A stretch of DNA of 64,000 nt from Planctomycetota bacterium (GTDB lineage: Bacteria; Planctomycetota; UBA1135; UBA2386): contig JBKAGP010000001.1 in the NCBI GenBank assembly GCA_046290465.1, positions 4,576,001-4,640,000 of the forward strand, written 5' to 3'. The notes below the pieces were generated by a model that worked only from the letters and a program-made list of their open reading frames with translations, made no database searches and was not told the DNA's origin. Positions 1-8,775 of the stretch are shown here, in pieces (the first letter of the stretch is position 1; every line of letters begins with the position of its first letter). Both the position numbers and the translations under genes were made by a program.

Positions 1-1458
1 GAGGATGAGGTGTTGCGCGGGCGTTCCGACCCAGAGCGTCGTTCCGGGCTCGCCGGGCAGCAAGGCCGTCAGGGCATCGAGTTCGTTGGTCAGGGCGGTG
101 ATGTGCGACGGGGAGACGCTGGTGCCCCTCGCCATGCCCGCGATGCGAATCCCGCATCCCGCGACGATCAGCGCGGCCAGGACGGTCGAGGCGCGGCGAC
201 CGAGCCAGCGGAAGACCAGCAGGGGAAGCAGGGCCGTCGACCACGCAAGCGGCAAGAACAGGCGGACGGCGTTGGGTTCGCGAACGTCCCCGTAGAACCA
301 CGCGAGGGCGATGCCGGTCGAGCCGAGGACCGTGCCTGCGACCAGCCAGTCGGCTGCCTGCATCCCGGACTTGCGGATGCGTAGTGCCAGCGCGATCGCT
401 CCGGCCATGGACAGCCATGCCGGGAACGGGCTGGTCGGCGACGGCGAGAACAACGCGCCGAGCAGCGGTCCCAAGTGATCCACGACATGGCTTAGGCCGA
501 CCAGCGATGCTCCGTCCGCCTCCGGGTAGAACTTGGGGTTTCGGGAGTGGTAGAGCAGGAGGATCACCGGGAGCAGCAGGGCCGGAGTGCATGCCAGCAT
601 CGCGGTCCCGGTGCGGTTCGGTCGGTATCGCTTGCGCACCGCGACGAACACGAACGCCGCGATGCCCCCGCTCGCGAGCAGCGACTCGTATCGCGACTGG
701 GCCAGCAGCATCAGGGCGGCCAACAGCCAGCAGAAGTGGCCGTTCGTCGGGCGTTCCAGGAACGTGATCGCTGCGAACAGTGCGATGGCCAGCCACGCCG
801 AAGCCATCAGGTCGAAGCCCGCGGACGTTGCCGAGGCCGCGATCGCCGGAACCGTCGCGATGCACGCTGGTGCGAGGAATGCGCAGAGTCGTCCGGCGCG
901 TGCCGCCACGAACCGGAAGGTGGCCGTCATGCCGACCGTCAGGAGGATGCCGTTGACCCAGAAACCGTTCTCGATGCGAAAGCCGGTCACCCGGTGCAGC
1001 AGGTGCACCAGGAAGGCGAACAGAGGTGGGCGCTTGTCGGTCGTGTTCTCGCGGGCGAAGACTTCTCCTTCGACGGGCAGGGCGCCCGTCGTGACGACGC
1101 AGGCGTGGTGCTCGTGCATCGACTTGGAGGCCCCGAGGATCGAGGTCTCGTCGAACTGGATGCGGAGTTCGGGCGGCAGCAACGCGAACAGCAGCGCGGT
1201 GATCGCGGCCGAGTAGAGCAGGCCCGGCAGGACTTGCGCGGCACATGCCCGAAGGCTCTCGTGCCGTTCGCGCCACGCCGCTGCCATCCCGGTTGCGACG
1301 AATGCGAGTACTGCTGGCATCGACCAGAACAGCAGCCGCGCGAGCCAGAGCTCGTAGTCAGCTTCGGCTCGCGTCGTGGCGGCGACGAGCAGCGCGGCAG
1401 CGGCCGTCAGCGCGGCGGTGACGAACACATGCCTCCAGCCGTGGTGAGCGCGGATCAT
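1..1458 (-). CDS. Polytopic membrane protein, GT-C (ArnT/PMT-like) glycosyltransferase-like; 3' end runs off the window
   Basis: Not in the ORF track because there is no stop in the window. Hand translation from ATG 1458: MIRAHHGWRH...ELRIQFDETSILG...DKRPPLFAFLV; many TM segments; DE and PPL motifs typical of GT-C. Confidence 0.55.
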   Translation of the reverse strand, partial: MIRAHHGWRHVFVTAALTAAAALLVAATTRAEADYELWLARLLFWSMPAVLAFVATGMAAAWRERHESLRACAAQVLPGLLYSAAITALLFALLPPELRIQFDETSILGASKSMHEHHACVVTTGALPVEGEVFARENTTDKRPPLFAFLVHLLHRVTGFRIENGFWVNGILLTVGMTATFRFVAARAGRLCAFLAPACIATVPAIAASATSAGFDLMASAWLAIALFAAITFLERPTNGHFCWLLAALMLLAQSRYESLLASGGIAAFVFVAVRKRYRPNRTGTAMLACTPALLLPVILLLYHSRNPKFYPEADGASLVGLSHVVDHLGPLLGALFSPSPTSPFPAWLSMAGAIALALRIRKSGMQAADWLVAGTVLGSTGIALAWFYGDVREPNAVRLFLPLAWSTALLPLLVFRWLGRRASTVLAALIVAGCGIRIAGMARGTSVSPSHITALTNELDALTALLPGEPGTTLWVGTPAQHLIL

Positions 1459-1476
1459 GCGTGCGGTGGCGCAGGA

Positions 1477-1501
1477 TGAACCGGGTTCGGTATGCGGTGG
1501 T
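1477..1501. repeat. Single copy of a dispersed REP-like repeat
   Basis: tgaaccgggttcggtatgcggtggt matches 18479-18503 with one mismatch; intergenic. Confidence 0.75.
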
Positions 1502-1510
1502 TGGGGGAGG

Positions 1511-3214
1511 TCAGCGGGTGGAGGGGCGCCAGGTGATGACGTCGAAGGCGCGGGTGGCGGGGCCGGATACCGATTCGTAGCCGGCGACCAGTTCGTCGCC
1601 CGGGAGTTGGTCCAGCTGTGCCTTCTGCAGCAGGATCAGGCGCCATTGGGTGGGGTCGCGCAGCTCGATGTCGGCCTTGGGCTTGCGTTCGCCGAGCGGT
1701 TGGTCGGAGACGCGAGACAGGAAGCCGGAGATCAGGCCGAAGACGCGCTCGAGGTCGAACACGGTGTCCTCGTCCTCGAACAGCAGCTTGCGCATCATGC
1801 GCACGCCTTCGGCGGTCTCGAGCTTGGGCGCGGGCGGGACGTTCTCGTAGAGCTCGGCGACGTGGTCCTCGTCGCGGACCAGGACCAGGTCGTCGGCGCC
1901 TTCGCGCACGAACGCGCCGCGCGCCGAGATCCGCGCCTCGCTGACCATGTTGGTGAAGCGTTCGATCAGTTCGTCCTGACGGCTCAGCAGCGACAGCAGC
2001 GGTGGGATCCGCAGCGTGATCGTGCGGCGCCACTTCGGCTTCTTGGCGAAGCCGTCCTCTTCGCTCGGGTAGCCGACCGCGCGCACGTCGATGTCGGTCG
2101 AGCTGACCAGGGCCAGCACGGCGGTCGCGATGCCCGGAACCTGCACGCGGAACGTCAGCAGGTCCTTGCGGTCGTCCTCGTCGAGGTCGACCAGCAGCAG
2201 GGCGGTGACGTCGTCGGCGACCGCCTGGGTGCGCGCCTTCTCGAACTGCGGGCCGCTGGCGTTGCCGAGGAACGTCCAGAGCTTGCGGCGGTGGGCGATG
2301 ACGTAGTCCGGGATGCCGTCGCCGTTGATGTCGCCGCGCTGCATCTGCTGGTTGTCGCTGAGCACGGCGGTGCGGCCGAAGTCGACCGCGGCCTTGGGCG
2401 TGCTGTCGACGAACTGCGACACGTCGATCGTGATCGGCTTCTCGAACGAGCCGTCGCCGCGCTGCATGTGGAACGCGCGCACGTCACCCTCGCGGGTCAG
2501 CATGTCGGGCCGACCGTCGCCGTTGAGGTCCTCGGTCTGGATCTGCGGGATCCGCACGCTGCCGACCAGCTCCTGGTCGAGGCCGCGGCTGCCCGGGTCG
2601 ATCGTGACCGCGACCTGCACGCTGACCGGCGGCAGCCGCACGAAGTCCGGCGCGCCGTCGGCGCCGAGCTTCTCCTGGAAGTACGGCACGACGCCGTCGA
2701 GCGTCGGGATCATCAGGTCCAGCTTGCCGTCCTCGTTGAGGTCGAGCACGAACGGCGAGAACTGCGGCTGGTCGACGCGCACGGTGAAGCGGCCGCGGCG
2801 GGCCAGCACGACCGGGTCCGAGCCGTCCCAGCGGTGGCTGGCTGTGCGTCGCGGGTTGCAGATCACGACCTCGTCGCCGGGTGTCGCCAGCAGGTCGGCC
2901 AGCGCGACCAGCGTGTGGGCCGGCGTCTCGATCGCGATCTCGCCGCGCGGCTGCCAGCCGTCGTCGGCGAGGCCGTGCCGGGACAGCCGGTCGGCGCGCA
3001 GCACGATCAGCTCCTGACGGCCGTCGCCGTCGGTGTCGACGAAGCGCTGGTCGATCGTGTCGGGCACCTCGACGCTGGCGACGACGCGGCCCGTCGATGC
3101 AGCGCGCGGGGGCGAGGGTTGCTGCGCGACGAGGCAGGCGGCCAGGCAGGCGGCCAGGCAGGCTGGCAGGAAGGCTGGCAGCATCGCGAACGGGCGGAGC
3201 TTGGCGGCGTTCAT
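1511..3214 (-). CDS. Secreted FG-GAP/VCBS repeat (beta-propeller) protein
   Basis: Signal peptide MNAAKLRPFAMLPAF...; repeated DxNxDGxxD motifs (DLNEDGKLD, DLNGDGRPD, DINGDGIPD); ATGA overlap with upstream gene. Confidence 0.85.
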   Translation of the reverse strand: MNAAKLRPFAMLPAFLPACLAACLAACLVAQQPSPPRAASTGRVVASVEVPDTIDQRFVDTDGDGRQELIVLRADRLSRHGLADDGWQPRGEIAIETPAHTLVALADLLATPGDEVVICNPRRTASHRWDGSDPVVLARRGRFTVRVDQPQFSPFVLDLNEDGKLDLMIPTLDGVVPYFQEKLGADGAPDFVRLPPVSVQVAVTIDPGSRGLDQELVGSVRIPQIQTEDLNGDGRPDMLTREGDVRAFHMQRGDGSFEKPITIDVSQFVDSTPKAAVDFGRTAVLSDNQQMQRGDINGDGIPDYVIAHRRKLWTFLGNASGPQFEKARTQAVADDVTALLLVDLDEDDRKDLLTFRVQVPGIATAVLALVSSTDIDVRAVGYPSEEDGFAKKPKWRRTITLRIPPLLSLLSRQDELIERFTNMVSEARISARGAFVREGADDLVLVRDEDHVAELYENVPPAPKLETAEGVRMMRKLLFEDEDTVFDLERVFGLISGFLSRVSDQPLGERKPKADIELRDPTQWRLILLQKAQLDQLPGDELVAGYESVSGPATRAFDVITWRPSTR

Positions 3215-4686
3215 CGGCGGAACCTCACGTGGCGGACCTCGCGTTCGGTCACCAGCAGCAGGTCGTCGCCGAAGCGGTCGGCGACCTGGATGCGGGTCGC
3301 GTCGGGGACCTCGGTGGACGCGTCGGCGTCGGCCATGCGCAGCTGGTCCCCGCGCCGGGACAGCAGCCGGCGTTCGAGCCTGCCGCCGACGTGGATCAGC
3401 ACGTCGCCGGGGAAGCCCTTGCGTCCCGGCCGCACCCGCAAGAACGGCTGGCGCAGTTCGCGGCTGCCGGCCTCGAGCTGCAGCGCGGCGTTGAGGGTGG
3501 GCGGCTTGCGGAACTGCTTGCCGTCGTTGCCGAACACCGTCAGCTGCGCGTCGAGCGTGCGCTTCTCCGAGCCGGTGAAGTCGCGCATCGAGCCGGTGCG
3601 GATCGAGACGCACACCAGGTCGTCGCGGCCGTCGCCGTCGACGTCGACGATCTGCGGCGGCTGGCCGAGCGGCTGCAGGCGCAGGCGCGCGTCGTGGCGC
3701 TGCGGCCAGCCGCCGTCGGCCTGGGTCGAGAACAGGTCGATGCGCGCCTCGACCTCGTCGTCGCGCTTGGCCGACGTGGTCAGCAGCAGGTCGCGGCGGC
3801 CGTCGCCGTCGACGTCGGGCCACTGCACGTCGAACGACGGGTCGAGCAGCTGCAGTCGGTTCTCCGGCAGCGGCAGGTCGCGCCGGATCGTGGTGAGCTG
3901 CGCGGGCTGCTGCTGCGCGCCGACGAACAGCGCGCCGTTGCGGAACGTCACCAGGTCGTCGCGGCCGTCGCCGTCGAAGTCGACGACCGAACACGGCGGC
4001 GTGCGCGCCGACGTGCGGACCAGCGTGCCGGCGGCGTTGCCCGGCCGGCCGTTGGCGATGCGCAGTTCGAGGCCGCCGCCGCCCGAGCTGGCGCCGCGGC
4101 CACCGACCGCGTCGCGGATGCGGTCGCGCCACGCCGGCAGGTCGAGGCGCTGCATCACGAACCTGCCGCGTCCGGTCTGGAACCACGCGGTCCACGAATC
4201 GGGGCCGGGCAGCAGCAGGTCTTCGCGGCCGTCGCCGTCGAAGTCGGCGACGGCATCGGGCAGCGGGATCGCGCGCTCCGAGGAAGCGGCCGGCCAGACC
4301 AGCGGGTGCCGGAACAACGGTCGGTAGTCGGGCGAGCCGTCGGGCTTGCGCAGCACGACCGCGGCGTTGGTCGCGCCGAGCAGGACCAGTTCGCGGCCCG
4401 GCTGGTCGTCGCAGTCGCAGAAGGTGAACGCGACGATGCTCTTGTCCAGCGGCGCCTGCTGCGACGGCGTCGGCACGAACGCCGGGCCGCGGGCCTGCCG
4501 CAGGTGCACCTGCACGCGGCGCTCGCCGCTCTGACGGTTGCGACACGCCAGCACCAGGTCGGTGCGGCCGTCGAGGTCGATGTCCTGCATCACCGCGTCG
4601 GTGGCGACGAAGGCGTCGGGCAACTGCACCGTCGCGACCTTGGGATCCTGCGGCGCCAGCGCCGTGAGCAACGCGAGCGCGATCAT
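3211..4686 (-). CDS. Secreted FG-GAP/VCBS repeat protein
   Basis: MIALALLTALAPQ signal; DIDLDGRTD, DFDGDGRED, DVDGDGRRD repeats; ATGA overlap. Confidence 0.85.
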   Translation of the reverse strand: MIALALLTALAPQDPKVATVQLPDAFVATDAVMQDIDLDGRTDLVLACRNRQSGERRVQVHLRQARGPAFVPTPSQQAPLDKSIVAFTFCDCDDQPGRELVLLGATNAAVVLRKPDGSPDYRPLFRHPLVWPAASSERAIPLPDAVADFDGDGREDLLLPGPDSWTAWFQTGRGRFVMQRLDLPAWRDRIRDAVGGRGASSGGGGLELRIANGRPGNAAGTLVRTSARTPPCSVVDFDGDGRDDLVTFRNGALFVGAQQQPAQLTTIRRDLPLPENRLQLLDPSFDVQWPDVDGDGRRDLLLTTSAKRDDEVEARIDLFSTQADGGWPQRHDARLRLQPLGQPPQIVDVDGDGRDDLVCVSIRTGSMRDFTGSEKRTLDAQLTVFGNDGKQFRKPPTLNAALQLEAGSRELRQPFLRVRPGRKGFPGDVLIHVGGRLERRLLSRRGDQLRMADADASTEVPDATRIQVADRFGDDLLLVTEREVRHVRFRR

Positions 4687-5663
4687 TCGCCCGCCTCCAG
4701 CAGTTCGTCGGCGTCGCCGCCGCCGAAGCCGATCAGCCACAGCAGCCGGAACCGCCACGCGGCCTGGGTGCTGCGGTAGTTGAACAGGCCGAGCAAGAAC
4801 GACCACTCGCTGCGGCCGCGCTCGGACTCGTAGCTGAAGATCAGCGGCAGCGAGACCTCGGTGGTCTCGGTAGCGCGATGGGTCAGGCTGGCCGCGACCG
4901 TGCGCCGTTCGCCGTCGCGCACGTAGGTGACGTCGAGCGTGTCGCGTTCGCTATCGCGCGCGATCGTCAGCAGCTGCTGCGGGTGGGCCAGCGGTTGCTC
5001 GTCGAGCGCGACGATCAGGTCCTCGAAGCGCAGGCCCGCGCGCCGCCACGGGCTCTTCGCCGACATGCCGACGATCACGGCGCCGGCACCCGGGCCGAGC
5101 CCCGCGTCGCGCGCCTCGACCTCGGTCGCGGTGCGCACGACGACGCCGATGCGCTGCTCCTCGCGGTAGCGCTCGGTCAGCTCGCGCGCGGCCGGCTGCA
5201 GCCGCTCGACCAGCGTCAGTTCGGTCTCGGCTTCGCGGCCGGCGCGATCGACGAACATCGTGACCCTGGTGCCGGGTTTCGCGTCGAGCTCGAGTTGCCG
5301 CCACTGGCTCGGCGTGCCGATCGTGCGCGCCTCGCCGCCGTCGACCTCGACCTCGAGCAGCAGGTCGCCGACCTGCAGGCCGGCGCGCGCGGCGGGCGAG
5401 TTCTCGACGATGCGCTCGACGACCACCGACTCGGGATCGTTGAGCTTCTGCTCGAGGGTCTCGCGCGCGTCGCGCAGGTAGATCCCGGAGAACGTGCCGG
5501 CGGGCATCGTCGTGCGCCGCGCCTCGTCGTTGGGCTCGGTGCGCAGGTCGAGCGGCTCCTCCATGTCGGCGAGGGCCGGCGACTGCTCGGGCAGGTCGGG
5601 GGACAGCGAGCACGCGCCGAACGGCAGCGCGAGCAGCGCGAGGGGGAGGACGGTTCGCAGCAT
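4683..5663 (-). CDS. Lipoprotein with two PDZ domains
   Basis: Lipobox FGAC; PDZ signatures VENSPAARAGLQVGDLLLEV and SAKSPWRRAGLRFEDLIVAL. Confidence 0.8.
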   Translation of the reverse strand: MLRTVLPLALLALPFGACSLSPDLPEQSPALADMEEPLDLRTEPNDEARRTTMPAGTFSGIYLRDARETLEQKLNDPESVVVERIVENSPAARAGLQVGDLLLEVEVDGGEARTIGTPSQWRQLELDAKPGTRVTMFVDRAGREAETELTLVERLQPAARELTERYREEQRIGVVVRTATEVEARDAGLGPGAGAVIVGMSAKSPWRRAGLRFEDLIVALDEQPLAHPQQLLTIARDSERDTLDVTYVRDGERRTVAASLTHRATETTEVSLPLIFSYESERGRSEWSFLLGLFNYRSTQAAWRFRLLWLIGFGGGDADELLEAGE

Positions 5664-5668
5664 CGGGC

Positions 5669-7507
5669 TCACGAGATACGCATGCGTTGGACGAGGGTTG
5701 CGAGGGCGACGGCGGCGACGGCCATCCACGCGAGCGGCGCCCACACGGCTAGGTCGGCGTGCAGCCAGAGCGCGTCGGCGGCGCCGCGCGCGGTCGCGTC
5801 GAGGTAGGACAGCACGGACTGGTCGCGCCAGAACCACGGCATGTGGCTGGTCAGGAGCCAGCCGTCGTGTTCGGGATACCACAGCCGCGCGAGGTCGGGT
5901 GCGAGCAGCAGCACCAGGGCGACGGCCAGCGAGATCGCCGGGTGCCTGGCGATGGCCGACGCAGTGGCCGACAGCAGCACGATCGCGGCCAGCGGCAGCG
6001 TCAGCTGCGACAGCGCGACCAGCATCGTCGGCCAGACGTCGGCGGCGGCGGCGAGCAGGTCGCGGTCGCCGTAGCGGCTGACCTCTTCGAGGTCGCCGAA
6101 GCCGACCGTCGCCCAGCTCGCGACCAGCGCGGTCGCGACCAGCGCCAACCAGCCGACCGCCGCGGTCGTGAACAGCACCAGCACCTTGCCGACCAGCACG
6201 TCCTGGCGACGCAGGCTGCGGATCAGCGTGTTGCGCAGGGTGTCGGCCGACACGTCGGCCGCGATCGTTTGGCTCGCGAACCACAGCAGCGCCAGCGCCA
6301 GGACCGGGGTCGCCGCCTGCAGCGCCTGCGCGACGGCGAGGTAGCCGCTGCCGGCGTCGGCGCTGAACCGTTCGCCCGACTCGACCAGCGCGAGGCCGTC
6401 GCCGACCTTGCCGCTGTAGTGGTCGACCGCGAACACAGCCACCACGCACGGCAGCAACAGCAGCGGCAGCGTCGAGCGACGGTGCAGCATCGTCGTCGCC
6501 TCGAACCAGAACGAACGGCGCCGCGCCGCGTCGGTGCGGCCGATCGCCGGCTCCGGTGGCGCCGTCGGCGGCTGCTGCGGACGCGCCTCGGGCAGCGGCA
6601 ATTCGACGTCGGCGGCCTGCATGTAGATCCGTTCGAGGGTCGCCTGTTCGGGCCCGAACGACGTCAGCTCGGCGGCGTTGGCGAGCGCGCGGGTGACCTC
6701 GCCGGCAGGCTGCGTGCCGAGGTCGACCAGCAGGCGGTCGCCGTCGCGCACCGGCTGCAGCGACCGTTCGGTGAGCTGCTGCTGCAGGGTTTCGAGCGGC
6801 GTGCCGCGCACGACGTGGCGCACGCCGACGTGGCGACGCAGCGTGTCGAGGTCGCCCTCGGCGACCATGCGGCCGTCGCGCAGCACACCGACGCGGTTGC
6901 ACAGGCCGTCGAGTTCGGCGAGCTGGTGGCTCGACAGCATCACCGCGACGCCCTCGTCGCGGGTCAACCGCTGCAGCAGCGCGCGCAGGTCGGCGATGCC
7001 CTCGGGGTCGAGGCCGTTGGTCGGCTCGTCGAGCAGCAGCAGCCGCGGCCGGCCGAGCATCGCCTGCGCGATCCCGAGCCGCTGCCGCATGCCCATCGAG
7101 AACGCGCCGACGCGCCGGTCGATCGCATCGCCCAGCCCGACCGCCTCGATCACCCGCTGGGTCTCGACGTTGGCGAGCTTGCGGGCCATGCCCTGCAGCC
7201 GCGCGAGTGCAACGAGGTTGTGTCGGGCGGATACGTGCCGGTGGAAGCCGGGGCGTTCGATCAGGGCTCCGAGCAGGCCGTTGGCCTCGCGTCGATGGCG
7301 GCGCGGATCGGCGCCGAACACCCGCACTTCGCCGCGCGTCGGCGGCAGCAGGCCGAGGCACAGGCGCATCACGGTGGTCTTGCCGGCGCCGTTGTGGCCG
7401 AGGAAGCCGTAGCAGTCGCCCGGCTCGAGATGCAACGACACGCCGTCGACGGCTCGGAAGGAGCCGTAGCCGAAGTGCAGGTCCCGCAGTTCCAGTGCGT
7501 CATTCAC
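5669..7507 (-). CDS. ABC-2 type transporter, ATPase fused to permease
   Basis: Walker A GHNGAGKTT, signature FSMGMRQR, Walker B LLLLDEPT, H-loop SSH; C-terminal ~6 TM ABC-2 permease. Confidence 0.9.
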   Translation of the reverse strand: MNDALELRDLHFGYGSFRAVDGVSLHLEPGDCYGFLGHNGAGKTTVMRLCLGLLPPTRGEVRVFGADPRRHRREANGLLGALIERPGFHRHVSARHNLVALARLQGMARKLANVETQRVIEAVGLGDAIDRRVGAFSMGMRQRLGIAQAMLGRPRLLLLDEPTNGLDPEGIADLRALLQRLTRDEGVAVMLSSHQLAELDGLCNRVGVLRDGRMVAEGDLDTLRRHVGVRHVVRGTPLETLQQQLTERSLQPVRDGDRLLVDLGTQPAGEVTRALANAAELTSFGPEQATLERIYMQAADVELPLPEARPQQPPTAPPEPAIGRTDAARRRSFWFEATTMLHRRSTLPLLLLPCVVAVFAVDHYSGKVGDGLALVESGERFSADAGSGYLAVAQALQAATPVLALALLWFASQTIAADVSADTLRNTLIRSLRRQDVLVGKVLVLFTTAAVGWLALVATALVASWATVGFGDLEEVSRYGDRDLLAAAADVWPTMLVALSQLTLPLAAIVLLSATASAIARHPAISLAVALVLLLAPDLARLWYPEHDGWLLTSHMPWFWRDQSVLSYLDATARGAADALWLHADLAVWAPLAWMAVAAVALATLVQRMRIS

Positions 7508-7587
7508 GCGGCTGCGATGCTCCCCGGTGGCGTCAGGACTTCAAGACGCGGCGGGCAGGACTTCGTATCATCCGCACCCCCTCGACC

Positions 7588-8775
7588 ATGCACGTTCTTC
7601 ATCGCGCCTTCGCGCGGACAGCGGCGCGCCGGCGCCATCTCGACCAGGCCAACCTGCTGCGTTCGCTGACCCTCGTCATCAACGGTGTGCCGGGCGGCAT
7701 CAACCTCGGCCAGGGTGTCTGCGACATGGATTCGCCCGAACCGCTGGTGAAGGGCGCGATCGCGTCGATCGGCGGCGAGGACCGGCAGCTCTACACGCCG
7801 TATGCCGGCCTGCCCGAACTGCGCGAGGCGATCGCCCACAAGCTGCGGCGGCACAACGGCCTCGACTACGGCGCCGACAACGTCGCGGTCTGCACCGGCA
7901 GCAGCGGCGCGTTCTTCGCCGCCGGCATGACGCTGTTCGAGCCGGGGGACGAGGTGGTGCTGTTTGAGCCGTTCTACAGCTACCACTGGACGACGATCCC
8001 GCTGTTCGGCGCGGTGCCCAGGGCCGTGCGTCTGCAGGGCCAGCAGCTGGCGTTCGATCCCGACGCGCTGCGCGCGCAGCTGACCGACCGCACCCGCGCG
8101 GTGATGGTCAACACGCCGGGCAACCCGTCGGGCAAGGTCTGGACGCGCGACGAGCTGCGGGAGCTGGCCAAGGTGCTCGATGGCACCGACGTCGCGGTGC
8201 TGACCGACGAGGTCTACGAGTACATGTGCTTCGACGGCCGCGAACACGTGTCGCCGGCGGCGGTGCCGGAGCTCGCCGAACGCACGCTGACGATGAACTC
8301 GTTCAGCAAGACGTTCTCGATCACCGGCTGGCGCGTCGGCTTCCTCGCGGGTCCGGCCGAGATCGTCGAGAAGTGCGGGGTGGTGTTCGACCAGATCGAA
8401 GTCTGCGCCGCGCGTCCGACCCAGCGCGGCGTGCAGCGCGCGCTCGAGCAGCTGCCGGACAGCTACTACTCGGACCTGCAGCGCGAGTACGAAGCCAAGC
8501 GCGACCTGTTCTGCGCGGCGCTGCAGGACGCGGGTTTCCGCTTCGACGTGCCGCAGGGCGCGTACTACGTGCTCGCCGATTATTCGGATGTGTTCGGTGA
8601 CGTGACGCCCTACGAGGCGGTCACCACGATGATCGAGCGCATCGGCGTCAACGCGGTGCCCGGCGACCTGTTCTTCGCCGAGCCCGACGGCGTGCGCTGC
8701 ATGCGTTTCCAGTTCGCCGTCGAACGGGCCGTCCTGGCCGAGGCGGCCGAGCGACTCAGGAGCCTCTCCCAATGA
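7588..8775 (+). CDS. PLP-dependent aminotransferase class I/II
   Basis: INLGQG, NTPGNPSGKV, DEVYE, SFSKTFSITGWRVG motifs. Confidence 0.95.
   Translation: MHVLHRAFARTAARRRHLDQANLLRSLTLVINGVPGGINLGQGVCDMDSPEPLVKGAIASIGGEDRQLYTPYAGLPELREAIAHKLRRHNGLDYGADNVAVCTGSSGAFFAAGMTLFEPGDEVVLFEPFYSYHWTTIPLFGAVPRAVRLQGQQLAFDPDALRAQLTDRTRAVMVNTPGNPSGKVWTRDELRELAKVLDGTDVAVLTDEVYEYMCFDGREHVSPAAVPELAERTLTMNSFSKTFSITGWRVGFLAGPAEIVEKCGVVFDQIEVCAARPTQRGVQRALEQLPDSYYSDLQREYEAKRDLFCAALQDAGFRFDVPQGAYYVLADYSDVFGDVTPYEAVTTMIERIGVNAVPGDLFFAEPDGVRCMRFQFAVERAVLAEAAERLRSLSQ

Noticed and set aside
1457..4327. Long plus-strand ORF of 956 aa and similar giant ORFs (25350-28841, 37553-40834, 11319-14372, 51735-54632, most of 45968-50095)
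   Set aside because: Antisense or off-frame shadows of real genes; typical of high-GC DNA, with no motifs.
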